The translations under genes were made by a program, and so were the position numbers. The notes under the pieces are model-generated. The model was not told where the DNA came from. It ran no database searches and worked only from the letters and a program-made list of their open reading frames with translations. Source: Convolutriloba macropyga (lineage: Eukaryota). From it: a stretch of DNA of 64,000 nucleotides. Positions 1 to 12,589 of this stretch are shown in pieces (the first letter of the stretch is position 1; each line of letters opens with the position of its first letter). The stretch is taken from the NCBI RefSeq assembly GCF_964194025.1, contig NC_134468.1, positions 71,982,001-72,046,000 of the forward strand, given 5' to 3'.

Positions 1-31
1 AGCCAGTACCGATCAAGCAACTTGTGCTTTT

Positions 32-829
32 TCAGGACAACGAGTTATTAGCCGCATACGGATTAGCACCAAAGATACCAGAGTTTGGAATCGTAGACAT
101 CACAGCCACGATCTTCACCGTTGAGAACTCGTAAGCGAACGACAGAACATACAGGAAGAAGGATATAGCCAGGGTCCATTCACAAGTTGTGGCCGTGTAG
201 TACCACCCTTTGTGTTCATACGGATGTTTTCCATTCTCTTCAGTGTAAGGAGGTAGTTGATAACCTGATTTCCGCATCGATATGATAACCAGAATGAAAG
301 TGATCACACAGATGGTCGAGATGATAATTCGGATGACCAGCAGCCATTTGTGGTTGTAGAAGGTGTGCTTAATCAACTTAAACGTCAGGTAACTGTGAAG
401 GTATCCATAAACACCTGCACAGCCGAATGCCATTTGGGCACCAGTTAGGTGCATGAATATGTCCGAGGTTTCTTGGAAACACCCAACAATGCTCATTCCC
501 AAGGTCCCAATGGCGCCCAAAATCAATGCAATGATGTTAGTCCATTTCACTGCCGAGAACTCACCATGTCCGAGTTGTTCACGCACTTGTAGATACCGAA
601 TGATCACAATTACCAGAAATGTGTAAGCGGTCGCGTTCAGAAATAGTCCAAACCAGCAACTAGCGGGTGCTATAGCCCCTGTGTCGCTGATAAACGGTAA
701 TGTCGTATTGACAAAATGCCTAGCTTGTGAAATTGAGTAAGAGATGACAAAAGTCAGTGCAGCTAAAACAAAGGCTAATATCGCCACCAAACATAGCCCA
801 ATTTTCTCCATGCATTCTTCAGCCCCCAT
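32..829 (-). CDS. DRAM: DNA damage-regulated autophagy modulator (DRAM/Frag1/Sfk1 family) multi-pass membrane protein, paralog 1, intronless CDS
   Basis: About six hydrophobic segments and family motifs LPFISDTG..PASCWFG, G(M)SIVGCFQET, HLTGA and CEWTLA. First ATG is at 829 (the ORF track starts at a TTG); the alternative start is M at 811. Confidence 0.9.
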   Translation of the reverse strand: MGAEECMEKIGLCLVAILAFVLAALTFVISYSISQARHFVNTTLPFISDTGAIAPASCWFGLFLNATAYTFLVIVIIRYLQVREQLGHGEFSAVKWTNIIALILGAIGTLGMSIVGCFQETSDIFMHLTGAQMAFGCAGVYGYLHSYLTFKLIKHTFYNHKWLLVIRIIISTICVITFILVIISMRKSGYQLPPYTEENGKHPYEHKGWYYTATTCEWTLAISFFLYVLSFAYEFSTVKIVAVMSTIPNSGIFGANPYAANNSLS

Positions 830-3354
830 TTTTGGCAACTTCAAATTCAAAGCAAGATTCAATCTTAGTAAACGAGTTCTAACAACTAGATACTATCTGA
901 AATATAAAACAGTCGTATAATATTCACCCTAAACAGATTAAGGCTATCTTTGACCACTGCTAAACTCTGCGCTACCAACTAGATCAATGCAACTTCGGAG
1001 ATAACTCACTATAGTTTACTTTGACTCTTCGGGAGCGAAATGAAAGTCCCGCTTTCAAAACAAACTAAACTGATTTGCAAATAATTTAACTCAAATTACC
1101 ATAGCTATTTCATTGCATGAATATTCATGGGTGGTAGCTGTGCAGGTATTACACAATTAAGCCGAAGTATCTCTAAGCAGATTAGAAAATAAATCTTCGA
1201 AATAGGATAGAAAAAAACTGCTCAGCCAAATTGAAATATTGCGGAAAACAAAATCATTTTTAAAAAATGTGTATAATTGCTGCATATAAAAAAAATTGGA
1301 TTGTTAAATAATTCTCGGGTAACAAAATATTTCTCTGCTTTATGGTATTTAATTTGAGTTTCGATGGTTTAACACTTTCTCATGGCATTAAATCGGCTAA
1401 ATAGCACGTATGCAGAACAAATTCGATTACACTAAAACGCTTCATACCATAACCGGCCTTTATGACTACAATATAGAAAGAATCAATACCGCTTCAGAAA
1501 CAACCCCGCTCAACAACGGAATGCAATATCCGGTCAATCAATAGGCATTCTTAACTCCCACGGGCATAATAACACTAAATTCATTGTCTCTGTTAAACTG
1601 AATAAATGTAAATGATGCAAACTCTCATTAATAAATGATGAAATGAGCGTTTTCAATGCGATTGCTAAAGACTCCTTCAAGGCAATGACAAAAAAGTTAA
1701 CTACCAAATTGTGGGAATGTTTGATTCTTAGCTCGAAAAGTAGGCTTCTATAAAATATAAAACAGTTGACAGATCGTCCGAAAATATCCCCGATAGTCTT
1801 ATACACCTGCAGTATCAAAAACATTAATCAAAAAGCTACAACCAATTCAAAATTATAAATTAATAAAAATTTATTCTTAGTTTTCAGCATATCTTGATGT
1901 ACAATGGAGCAAATGCTTCGTGCATGAACTGGTTAGGATCATTTTCAATTCCAACAAGGAGGCTCGGTAATGTGCGTTTGCACAATGTTCCGACCCAGCT
2001 CATCCACTTTTGCTTTAATTGTCTTAAAAAGGGAAGAGATAGAAATTCACATATCTTTCTACAAACAACTAAGTGAAAACAAAAAAAAGCTCGATTAGAG
2101 GGCCGATGAACCTGCCATTAATGAAAGTACAGGACAAGACAAACAAAAATAAAATAATAGCAAACATTAATTACGACCAAAACTCTGTATATCTGCATGT
2201 CTGTATATAAAAAACACCTAAGCAAAAAAAAGGAATCAGATACAACCTAAACTGAACCAAATAACCTGTACTTCATTAGATAAGACATGAGACCATTCGA
2301 GAATGAAACTCGGAACAGGCCGACAAAGAAGAACAAAAAGGGCAAAGTTGAAAAATACGTTTCTATCTTTGAAACCAACCAATTTCGAATTGATTGAAAC
2401 CAATACGTATCAAGTCCGCTCATTGAAAATGTCAATTGATACCTTCATCGCAATTGAGACCTGCCATTATCCATAATATGTCAGACGACTACAAACAGAA
2501 CGGCAAAAAACAAAAAAAATTAATTAAATTTGAGAAGAAAGCTGTCCGCAGCCTTTAAAACTATAGACTATTCGTGGAGAACATTAAATATTTTCATTTT
2601 TGCTTCTTTTCAACACCAAATGGGCCATCTCACTTGAGTGATAATTGGGCAAGAAAACAAAGAACTCAGAAATGGGCAATTTCCAAAAATCACAATTTTC
2701 TTATGAAAATGCGTAGTACCAAAGCCATTAATTTAAAAAATCATTATACAAAATGGATCTTGGTTCACTAGAAATAGGATGCCACCTGTTGTTATAGAGA
2801 CAAAGTTACTAAAACGAAAAAACGATAAAACTAACAAAGCTCAAAAAATTTCAAGCACACAAATTTTCAAAAACTCAATCAAACCAAAAACTATCACAAA
2901 ACAAAAACAAAATAACTTGCAACTGCTCGGAAGCCAGTTCGTCTTTCTATTAGTGAGAGCATACCGAATCGTATGACAACAAAAAAAACAAACACGGTCA
3001 GAACCTAGAAATAGAAACAATTTATCGAAACCACAGTGTTGAAGTCATTAAAATTATAAGACCTTGAAAACCATTAACAACTTGAAATTGAAAAAGGGGT
3101 TTATATTTTTCGGCTTGGCTCTCACTTGATATTAACTTTGTCTCAGTCGTGAAGGAGATTTGTGAAAAAGACAACAAAAACAACCACAAATATTGATCAG
3201 TATCGAAAACTCCCGAAATTACTATGAGAACACATTTCTAAGTTCTATAGACATCAGTCAAAGCATAACTAGGAGAAAATGCTTGGAGCAACTGTAACTT
3301 GATTAGCCCTGTCAATAATGACACTAAGATACTTGTTGACGACAAGGAGTACAA

Positions 3355-6300
3355 AAATCGCCAGCTAAACTGAAATCAGTAAAGTGAATCATTTAACATC
3401 CATAGAAGCCATTGAGGCCTTTGATTGACAAAAATATGCCGTTCGACTACGAAAAGGCCGACAATTAGAGACAAAACACTTTGCCAGAAAACGGTTTGGC
3501 AGCCGTTAAAACTATGACTATTCATTGAAATATGCACATATGCTCAAATCAAAAAACTTTTATGAAATTTCGAAGTAAGAAAGCCAAAAAAATCAGCCAA
3601 ATAAAAAAACCACTGTTGAAAAATTTTTTTTATTACTTGGAATGAGTTTTACCCTGTATAGTTTGCTTCTAAGTTACATGGGGACAAAAATAAGAAAAAA
3701 AGGGCAATCCTCAAAACTCAACGGAGACAATATTTTAAAACAAAGACTTTCAAAGTCATAAGAAGCATTAGATAACAACTGAAAGCATTCAATAGGTTCA
3801 CCTAGAGGTCTTGAGGAACCCATTTAAAGCAATGATTACAACAGGAAATCCTTAGGCAGCAAATTAACGACAAAAAAATGCAAAACAAAAAAATCAGTTA
3901 AAGTTTACAAAAACACATTGTCGACGCCATAAAAACTCGTTAAATGAGCTTTTCTATGAAGACAATTTTTACATTCAGGTGACCTAATTTTGTGGAAAAT
4001 AGGATCTGTCAACAGTCTCTTCTTGATTTACACACATTCTCGTCAGCAATCAACAAAAAAAAACGAAAAAAAATTTTGAAGACCGCGATCCAATATAAAC
4101 TGAAAATTTTTGGATTGTGCGAACTGAACATTAGTCCAAAATCGACCTGATTTTGTTGCGCGTCCAGCAATAACAATTCATTTTTCCTTATATTTGTTAC
4201 AGATCAATTAGTATATGAAAAATTTCAAAAATTCAAAAAACTTGAAGTCAAAGAAAACACATTGTCAACGCCATAAAAACGGAGCTTTTCTCCGAGTTGA
4301 AACCGTCAGCTAAACTGATATCAGTAAAGAGAATCATTTAAACATCCAAAGAAGCTATTGAGGCCTTTGATTGACAAAAATATGCCGTATGAAAACGAAA
4401 TGGCCGACGATTAGAGGCAAAAAAACTTTGCCACAGAAAGGTTTTGCAGCCGTTAAAACCATGGCTATTCATTAAAATATGCACATATGCTCTAACCAAA
4501 ACTTACTTTTAAGAAATTTCGTAGTAAGAAAGCCAACAAATCATTAGTCAAATATGAAAACACCGTTGAAAATATTTTTCGATCACTTGGAATGAGTTTT
4601 ACCCTGTATAGTTAGCTTCGAAGCTACATGGGGACAGAAACAAGAAAAAAGGGCAATCTTCAAAACTTCATTGAGACTTCTCTTAAAACAAAAACCTTCA
4701 AAGTCATAAGAAGCATTAGATAACAACTGAAAGCATTCAATAGGTTCACCTATAGGTCTTCAGGAACCAATAAAAAATAAGATTAAAACAGGAAATCAGG
4801 AGGCAGCAAAATAACGACAAAAGGCAAAACACAAAATCAGTTTAAGTTTACAAAAGCACATTGTCAAAGCCATAAAAACTCGATAAATGAACTTTTCTCT
4901 GAAGACAATTTATATATTCATGTGATCTAATTTTGTGGAATACAGGATCTGTCAACAATTGCGCCTTGATTTACACGCATTCTCGTCAGCAATCAATCAA
5001 CAAAAAACAAAAAATTTTGACGACCGCGCCCCAAGATAAACTGAAAAGTTTTCGATTCTAAGAATCGAAGAGTAGTCTAAAACAGACCTGACTTTGTTGC
5101 GCGTCCAGCAATAACAATTCATTATTCCATGTTTTGCTGCATAGAGCAATTAATATATGAAAAATTTTCAAAAGACTTGAAGGTTATAAAACACATTGTC
5201 AACGCCTCAAAAACTATGAGCTTTTCTCCGAGTTAAAACCATTAGCTAAACTGAAATCAGTTACGGGAATCATTTAACCATCCAAAGAAGCTATTGAGGC
5301 CTTTGATTGACAAAAATATGCCGTACGACAACGAAATGACCGACGATTAGAGGCAAAAACTTTGTCAGAGAAAGGTTTTCCAGCCGTTTAAACTATGGTT
5401 ATTCATTGAAAAATGCACATATGCTCAAATCAAAAACTTAAAATTTCTTAGTAAGAAAGCCAAAAATCGATTAGTCAAATATGACACCACAGTTGAAAAT
5501 ATTTTTCCATTACTCGGAATAATTTTTACCCTGTATAGATTGTCTCTAAGCTACATGTGGACAGATATTAAAAAGGGCAATCTTCATAACTTAACTGAGA
5601 CATTCTTTCAAATAACAAAAACTTTCAAAATCATAAGAAGCATTAGATAACAACTGAAATCAATCAATAGGTTCACCTATAGGTCTTGAGGAACCCATTT
5701 AAAACAATGATTACAAAAGGAAATCAGGAGGCAGCAAAAAAACGACAAAAGAAGGCAAAACAAAAAAAATCAGTCAAAGTTTACAAAAACACATTGACAG
5801 AGCCATAAAAACTAGTCTAATGAGCTTTTCTTTGAAGACAAATTATACATTCACGCGATCTATTTTTAGGAAAATAGGATCTGTCAACAGTTGCGCCTTG
5901 ATTTACACACATTCTCGTCAGCAATAAAAAAATATTTTGAAGACCGCGCCCCAAGATAAACTGAAAATTTTTGGATTGTACGAAACCTAATTTTGTTGCG
6001 CGTCCAGCAAAAACAATTAATTATACCATGTTTTGCTGCATAGATCATTTAGTAAATGAAAAATTTCAAAAAATCTTGAAGTTTACAGAAACACACTGTC
6101 AAAGCCGCAAAAACTATGAGCTTTTCTCCGAGTTAAAACCGTTAGCTAAACTGAAATCAGTTAAGTGAATCATTTCAACATCCATAGAAGCTATTGAGGC
6201 CTTTGATTGACAAAAATATGTCGTACAACGAAATGGCCGACTATTAGAGGCAGAAAAGTTTGCCAGAGAAAAGTTTTGCAGCCGTTAAAATTATGGCTAC

Positions 6301-8020
6301 TCATTGAAATATGCACACATGCTCAAATCAAAAACTTACTTTAAATTTCGTTGGAAGAAAGCCAAAAAACAGCCAAATAAAAAACCACCCTTGAAAAAAT
6401 TTTTTCTGTTACTTGGTATGAGTTTTACCCTGTATAGTTTGATTCTAAGCTAGATGGGGACAGAAATAAGAAAAAAGGGCAATCCTCAAAACTCAACCGA
6501 GACATTCTTTTAAAACAAAAACTTTCAAAGTCATAAGAAGCATTAGATAACAACTGAAATCATTCAATAGGTTCACCTATAGGTCTTGAGGAACCCATTT
6601 AAAACAATGATTACAACAAGAAATCATTAGGCAGCAAAATGACGACAAAAAAGGCAAAACAAAAAAATCAGTTAAAGTTGGCAAAAACACATTGTCAAAG
6701 CCATAAAAACTCGTTAAATGAGCTTTGCTCTGAAGACAAATTTTACATCAATGTGGCCTAATTGTGTGGAAAACAGGATCTGTCAACAATTGCGCCTTGA
6801 TTTACACGCAATCTCGTCAGCAATAAAAAACAAAAAAAGTTTTTGAAGACCGCGCCCCAAGATAAACTGAAAATTTTAGGACAGTACGAATTCTGATTTT
6901 GTTGCGCGTACAGCAATAACAATTCATTATTCCATGTTTTGCTGCATAGATCATTTAGTATATGAAAACTTTCAAAAAATCTTGAAGTTTAAAAAACACA
7001 TTGTCAAAGCCGCAAAAACTATGAGCTCTTCTCCAAGTTAAAACCGTTAGCTAAACGGACATCATTTAAGTGAATCATTTGAATCATTTAACCATCCATA
7101 GAAGCTATTGAGGCCTTTGATCGAAAAAGTATGCCGTATGACACACCGAAATGGCCGAAATGACATACCGAAATGGCCGACGATTAGAGGCAAAAAACTT
7201 TGCCACAGCAAGGTTTTGCAGCCGTTAAAACCATGGCTATTCATTAAAATATGCACATATGATCTAACCAAAACTTACTTTTATAAAATTTCGTAGTAAG
7301 AAAGCCAAAAAATCATTTGGCAAAAATGAAAACACTGAAAATTTTTTTCCATTACTTGGAATAAGTTTTACCCTCTATAGATTGTTTCTAAGATACGTGT
7401 GGACAGAAATAAGAAAAAATGGGACAATCTTTACAACTTAAATGAGACATTCTTTTAAAACAAAAACTTTTAAATTCATAAGAAGCATTATATAATAACT
7501 AAAATCATTCAATAGGTTCACCTATAGGTCTTCAGGAACCAATTAAAACTGAGATTAAAACAGGAAATCAGGAGGCAGCAAAATAACCACAAAAGAACGC
7601 AAAACAAAAAAAATCAGTTAAAGATTACAAAAACACATTGTTAAAGCCATAAAAACTCGTTAAATGAGCTTTTCTCTTAAGACAAATTTTACATCCATGT
7701 GGCCTAATTTTGTGGAAAATAGGATCTGTCAACAATTGCGCCTTGATTTACACGCAGTCTCGTCAGCAAGCAACAAAAAACAAAAATATTTTGAAGACCT
7801 TGCACCAATTAAACTGAAAATTTAATTGGTTTCTTTGAATCGAAGTTTAGTCCAAAATAGACCTGATTTTGTTGCGCGTCCAGCAATAACAATTCATTAT
7901 TCCATGTATTTGCTACATACACCAATTAGAATATGAAAAGTTTCGAAAAACAAAAACTTGAAGTTTTACTTGGTATTGGCGCCCAGACAAAGCCATTAAA
8001 ACTATGAGCTTTTCTCTCCA
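3355..8020. repeat. Tandem array of ~900-945 bp units, five copies, with a degenerate tail to ~8280
   Basis: Marker GAGGCCTTTGAT(T)GA(C)AAAA recurs at ~3415, 4360, 5297, 6197 and 7110; AGCTAAAC..AATCAG recurs at ~3363, 4308, 5244, 6144 and 7049. Confidence 0.92.
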
Positions 8021-9389
8021 CACTTAATATATAATCATTTGGCCTCACTTTGTTATAATTAGGATCTCTCATTAATTTTACATTGACTTAAAATCATTTT
8101 TGTCATTAACCAAAATGTTGAAGTACTTCGAAAAAGACCGCGCCACAACAATCTGAATAATTATTGATGGTAAAAATCCAAGATGAATCCAAACCTAGCC
8201 TTTATTTTGTTGCCCGTCCAACAAAAGAAATTAATTATTCCATATATTTTAAAAAATCATCAATTAGCAAATAAAAAAATCCAATAAACCAAAAATAAAT
8301 AACGCATTTTGCATAATTGATGGGTTAATTTGAAAAAAAACGGCAAAACCTTAATTGTAGAACACTCCTATAGGAGGCAAAAGTACACTTATCGTTTATT
8401 GAAGTTTCCAGAGAATGTCACAGCAGATAATAGGTCTCTACTTCAGGAATATTTATACTATTTAAACAAGTGGAGCCATTTGAATTTTAAAAAGTCTGAA
8501 ACTCGAAATATTTGGCAAAATATTTACCAGAAAACTCGCATAAAACTAATCGACAAGCCCACTCTATCCTTAAAAGTAAAACTAATAACAATGTCCGTAA
8601 AAATTTTTGACGAATCTTAGCAAAAATAAAATTTGGTAAAAAACGGCAAGTGTGAATAAAAACCACGGATTTCCGTCTACTATTCACAAAAATTTAAACA
8701 ACGATATCTCCAGGTAAAAAACGAAAATCAAAAAATGAGCTGTCAAGTGACAATAAATAATCAAGCGAATCGACAGACTTCACTATAATGAGAGAAAACA
8801 TATCCCATTCCGAAAATCAAGTTTAATGTAACCAAATTGTACAGCCATTAATGGACCGAACAAAGAATTTCTTCCCACGAAACAAAAACAACCAAACAGA
8901 TCCAAAGAAACCCCCAGGAGCAGCCTTCAATTCCGAAATTAAGCAGCGTAAAAATTGATAAGCCCCAATATTATTTATCATGTCGGACGCAACGTACAAG
9001 ATCTCTATTACTTATACACTACCTGAATTGCAAAGCAAATTTTTCATATAAACTAAAACCCATGCCTTTTCTTGGGAAAAATGAATTCCGATTTTTAAAT
9101 CACACATTTTACAATAATGAAAGAGGAAGAACATAACAATTCGCTTCGAGCAACCATATTTCCGAAATACATTCGTCTATCAAACAAGTACCCATTTTGA
9201 CCAAAATTCATTTAGTCAACAAAATATAACACAGCTAAATAAGTTCAGGTTTTCAACATTCTACAACTTGTGATGACGTTAAAAATATAGTATTTTTTCT
9301 CTGATGCCATCTTGCTAGCATCCTGAAACTTTGATATGTTAAATTGTCATCACGGATTACACTTATTTACTTGCAATTTTGGGCTGGTA

Positions 9390-11195
9390 TCAGAGAGTGA
9401 CCATTGTATTAAATGCAACTCACTGTTTTGAAAAATCATTTCTGTTTTTCTCTCAATCAAAATCTTATGTGTACAAAATCAAAATATATTTCAGTTCCTG
9501 GGCCTAGTGGAGCAGATTTATGGTTTGGTTGTTTATCGATAACGTCATAACGTCAGAGTGGTTTCCTTTGGAAGATTCGCAAACTTATTTCCTTTGAAAT
9601 CGGAAAGAGGCAACACAGGACGGCTATTTTCCTTGGTAAAAACCTAAAAAGTGCAACAAACTCATTTAGGCAAAACTTTTTCAAGAGTGACCATTGAATC
9701 AAATGCAACTTACTTTTTTGAAAACGATCATTTTTGTTTTTCTCTTACTCAAAATCTAATGTGTTCAATTGCAAAAACGGATCTGTTTTATTAACAGTTC
9801 TTCAGCCATTTTGCGCGATATAAAATTGATGAACAATCGACAAATCGTATAAAGCTTGTTTGCTGGCATAACATTATCACTATTTGCCACAAATTTTTTC
9901 CTTGAGGAAGACCGGGATATATTACCGCCCAATTTCCTCTAAAAACGTAATTTTTAACATACCGTCTTAAATGAAAAACGGGTTAACGCAACGTGTGAAT
10001 ATTTTCTGCGAAAACAATTGCATCAAGATTTGACTTTCGTTTATAGAATCTTAACATCTTGTTGATTATATATTTATCTAAATGATATGTTTTCTGTTTT
10101 AGCGGAAGGCGTTGAAAATTTTTTAACTAATTTTGGAGAAACGGCTATTGCTCAATAGTTCAAAAATGAGGAAAAAAGTTATGCACTTGTTGATTGTAAA
10201 ACGTAAATGAGGTCCTCTACAAAAATCAATATCTTTCAATTCCTTTGCCTAGGCGAGCAGAAATTGTTTGGTTGTTTATCGATAACGTCATAAGGTGGTT
10301 TCCTTTTGACGATTCGCAAACTTATTTCCTTTGAAATCAGGAGGCAATACACGCGTACTTTTTGCCTTGTTAAAAAACGAAAAATTGCAACAAAGTCATT
10401 TAAGCAAAGCTTTTTCAATAGAGTGACCATTGTATTAAAGGCGAATATCTGTTTTGAAAACAATCATTTCTGTTTATCCCTCACTCACATCTAAAGCGTT
10501 CAATTTCACATACTAATCTGTTTTATTAACGGGTATAAGGCCATTTGTCAGTCAATAATTGCCATCGCAACTTCTTCCTTTAAGTGATATATAAGTGCTG
10601 TGCAGTCCACAAACCGTACAGCGTTTTTTTATTGCTAACATAAGATTATAATTATTGGCCACAGATTTTTTCTGTGAAGAGATCCGTCTTATATTACAGC
10701 CCAATTTCATCTAACAATGTAAATTTTAACATACTGTCTTAAGTGACAAACGGGTTAATGCAACGAATAAATATTTTCTGAGAAGAAAACAATTGCATCA
10801 AGATTTGACTTTCCTCCATGAAATCCCTCTACGAAAACTTCTGGTTGATTATTTATTAATGTAAAGGTTACGTCCCATGTTTCAGCGGAAGGCGTTGAAA
10901 AACTGTCGCTAATTTGGGAGAAACGGATTTTGGTCGATAGTTGAAAGAGTTGAGAAAAAAGTCTATAAACCTGTTGATTGTAAATCGTAAATGAGTTCTA
11001 TTAGATAAACCAATATCTTTCAGTTCCCTTGCCTAGTCCAGCATATTTATGGTTTGGTCGATAACGTCATAATGTTGTTTCCTTTTGACGATTCGGATAT
11101 TTATTTCCTTGAAAATCAAAAGGAAGCAATATAGGAGTACTTTCTGACTTGGTTAAAAACTCAAACATTGCAATAAGTCATTTAGGCAAAACTCA
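9390..11195. repeat. Diverged tandem repeat, ~750-785 bp unit, ~2.4 copies
   Basis: Marker TTCA(G/A)TTCC...TTTGGT..GATAACGTCATAA at ~9490, 10236 and 11019; the long block AAACGGGTTAA..CAAC..AAAACAATTGCATCAAGATTTGACTTTC occurs at ~9976 and ~10748. Confidence 0.8.
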
Positions 11196-11693
11196 AGACA
11201 AAGAAATTACTTTGTTTTCCTAATATATCGAATCTTTCCAATTGACCACCTGAGTAAGAAAAAATGCTCTGTAAATTCGTCAGAGGCTTAACAGATTTTC
11301 AGTTAACAGAAATTTTTAACAGTTTGTAAACATTTGAAACGTCAAATTTGACATTTTTCAATTCGTTGAAAACGTAATAGTTTAGATTTTTAGAACATTA
11401 AGTACAACAAGATTGAAAACACCAATGCTTTTTTCAAAAAGCGCCTCAAAATGCTTGACACCAAAGTTCAATTCAAATTAAAAATCAGTCTCAAATTCGA
11501 GTCTAGCGTGGGGTATAGATATAATGTTAGGGTTTGATAATTTTAATGAGTTTTACGTCTACTTGATTATTTCATTTTCAAGTCGACTATTTTAAAGGAC
11601 CTTTGAGTACTCTATAGAGAGAATATTACGGTACCCTTTTCAAGTACCGTTCTCACACCCTTAGCTGAAACTTCGTTGGTAAGATCCAATAAA

Positions 11694-12130
11694 AATAGCT
11701 GGCAGGTTGCCAGAAAATAGCCACCATAGATTCGCAGATCTGCAGTCTCAAACAGAAAACAGACCAAAAAAAATTCATTTCCTCTAAGTTATTGCTGAGA
11801 TGCTAAATTTTGATTAAGAATCAGTATAATTTATTGCTGCTTCTAGTAGCCGCTCTCAAATAACCTCCAGTGAGCGTGATACTCACTCAGTTGACTATCT
11901 CCTGCAATTAAAGTAAAGAAAAGTCATTTGGAGTGTGAGGAAGTCATTTTTAAAGGTCAATCAAGAGTGACCAAGAATGAATCACGCGAATGAACAAAAA
12001 CTCACTCCCCTAAAAGTGGCGCCACACACTCAATTCAATCAAAATTACATGGGAGAACAAAAAAGCAGATTTTAAGACATCGATACGTCATATGATTTGT
12101 AGTTAGTTATCGTTTTGTAACGAAAATCTA
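11694..12130. mobile_element. Partial HINE-like element, family A
   Basis: Starts ATAGCTGGCAGGTTGCCAGAAAATAGCC; the internal sequence matches the copies at 19070 and 46309. Confidence 0.6.
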
Positions 12131-12443
12131 ACGAATGAAGAAATATAGCCGGCAGAAATGCCCAAGCAACTCGAAGCTTCGGACAGTCTGAAGCATTTTC
12201 CTTTGTCTGAAAATAATTATTTTTTGTCTTGTCAGAGCAAACAAAAACATTTGTTAAAACTTAAACAACCGCTGTAACGGGAGAAATTCCAGTGTTGACA
12301 TCATTGGAGCAAGTTAACAAGCAACTACAATTACGACCTCATTCTGAAACCATATAAAAAACTACAAAGCTCTAAATGGCATGATATTAATTTAACAGCA
12401 AAAAAATATCACTGAACAACCGGTCATAAAAATCAAGATAAAA

Positions 12444-12589
12444 TTTTTCAAAATTTAACTGAATTATAAAAAGAACACAAAACTTAGGTCTCCAGAAAAC
12501 AATTAAACTATATGGTGGCGAAAATTTAATTGTTTTGTGGAGACCTAAGTTTTTGTGTTCTTTTTATAATTCAGTTAAATTTTGAAAAA
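12444..12589. repeat. Long near-perfect inverted repeat (~64-bp arms, 17-nt spacer)
   Basis: TTTTTCAAAATTTAACTGAATTATAAAAAGAACACAAAACTTAGGTCTCCA.AAAACAATTAAA (12444-12507) is followed by its reverse complement at 12525-12589, with about one mismatch and one indel. Confidence 0.92.

Noticed and set aside
4030-7770. CTGACGAG on the minus strand of every tandem unit, suggesting satellite hammerheads
   Set aside because: The nearest GAAA is ~90 nt away and no helix II or helix I pairing could be built by eye.
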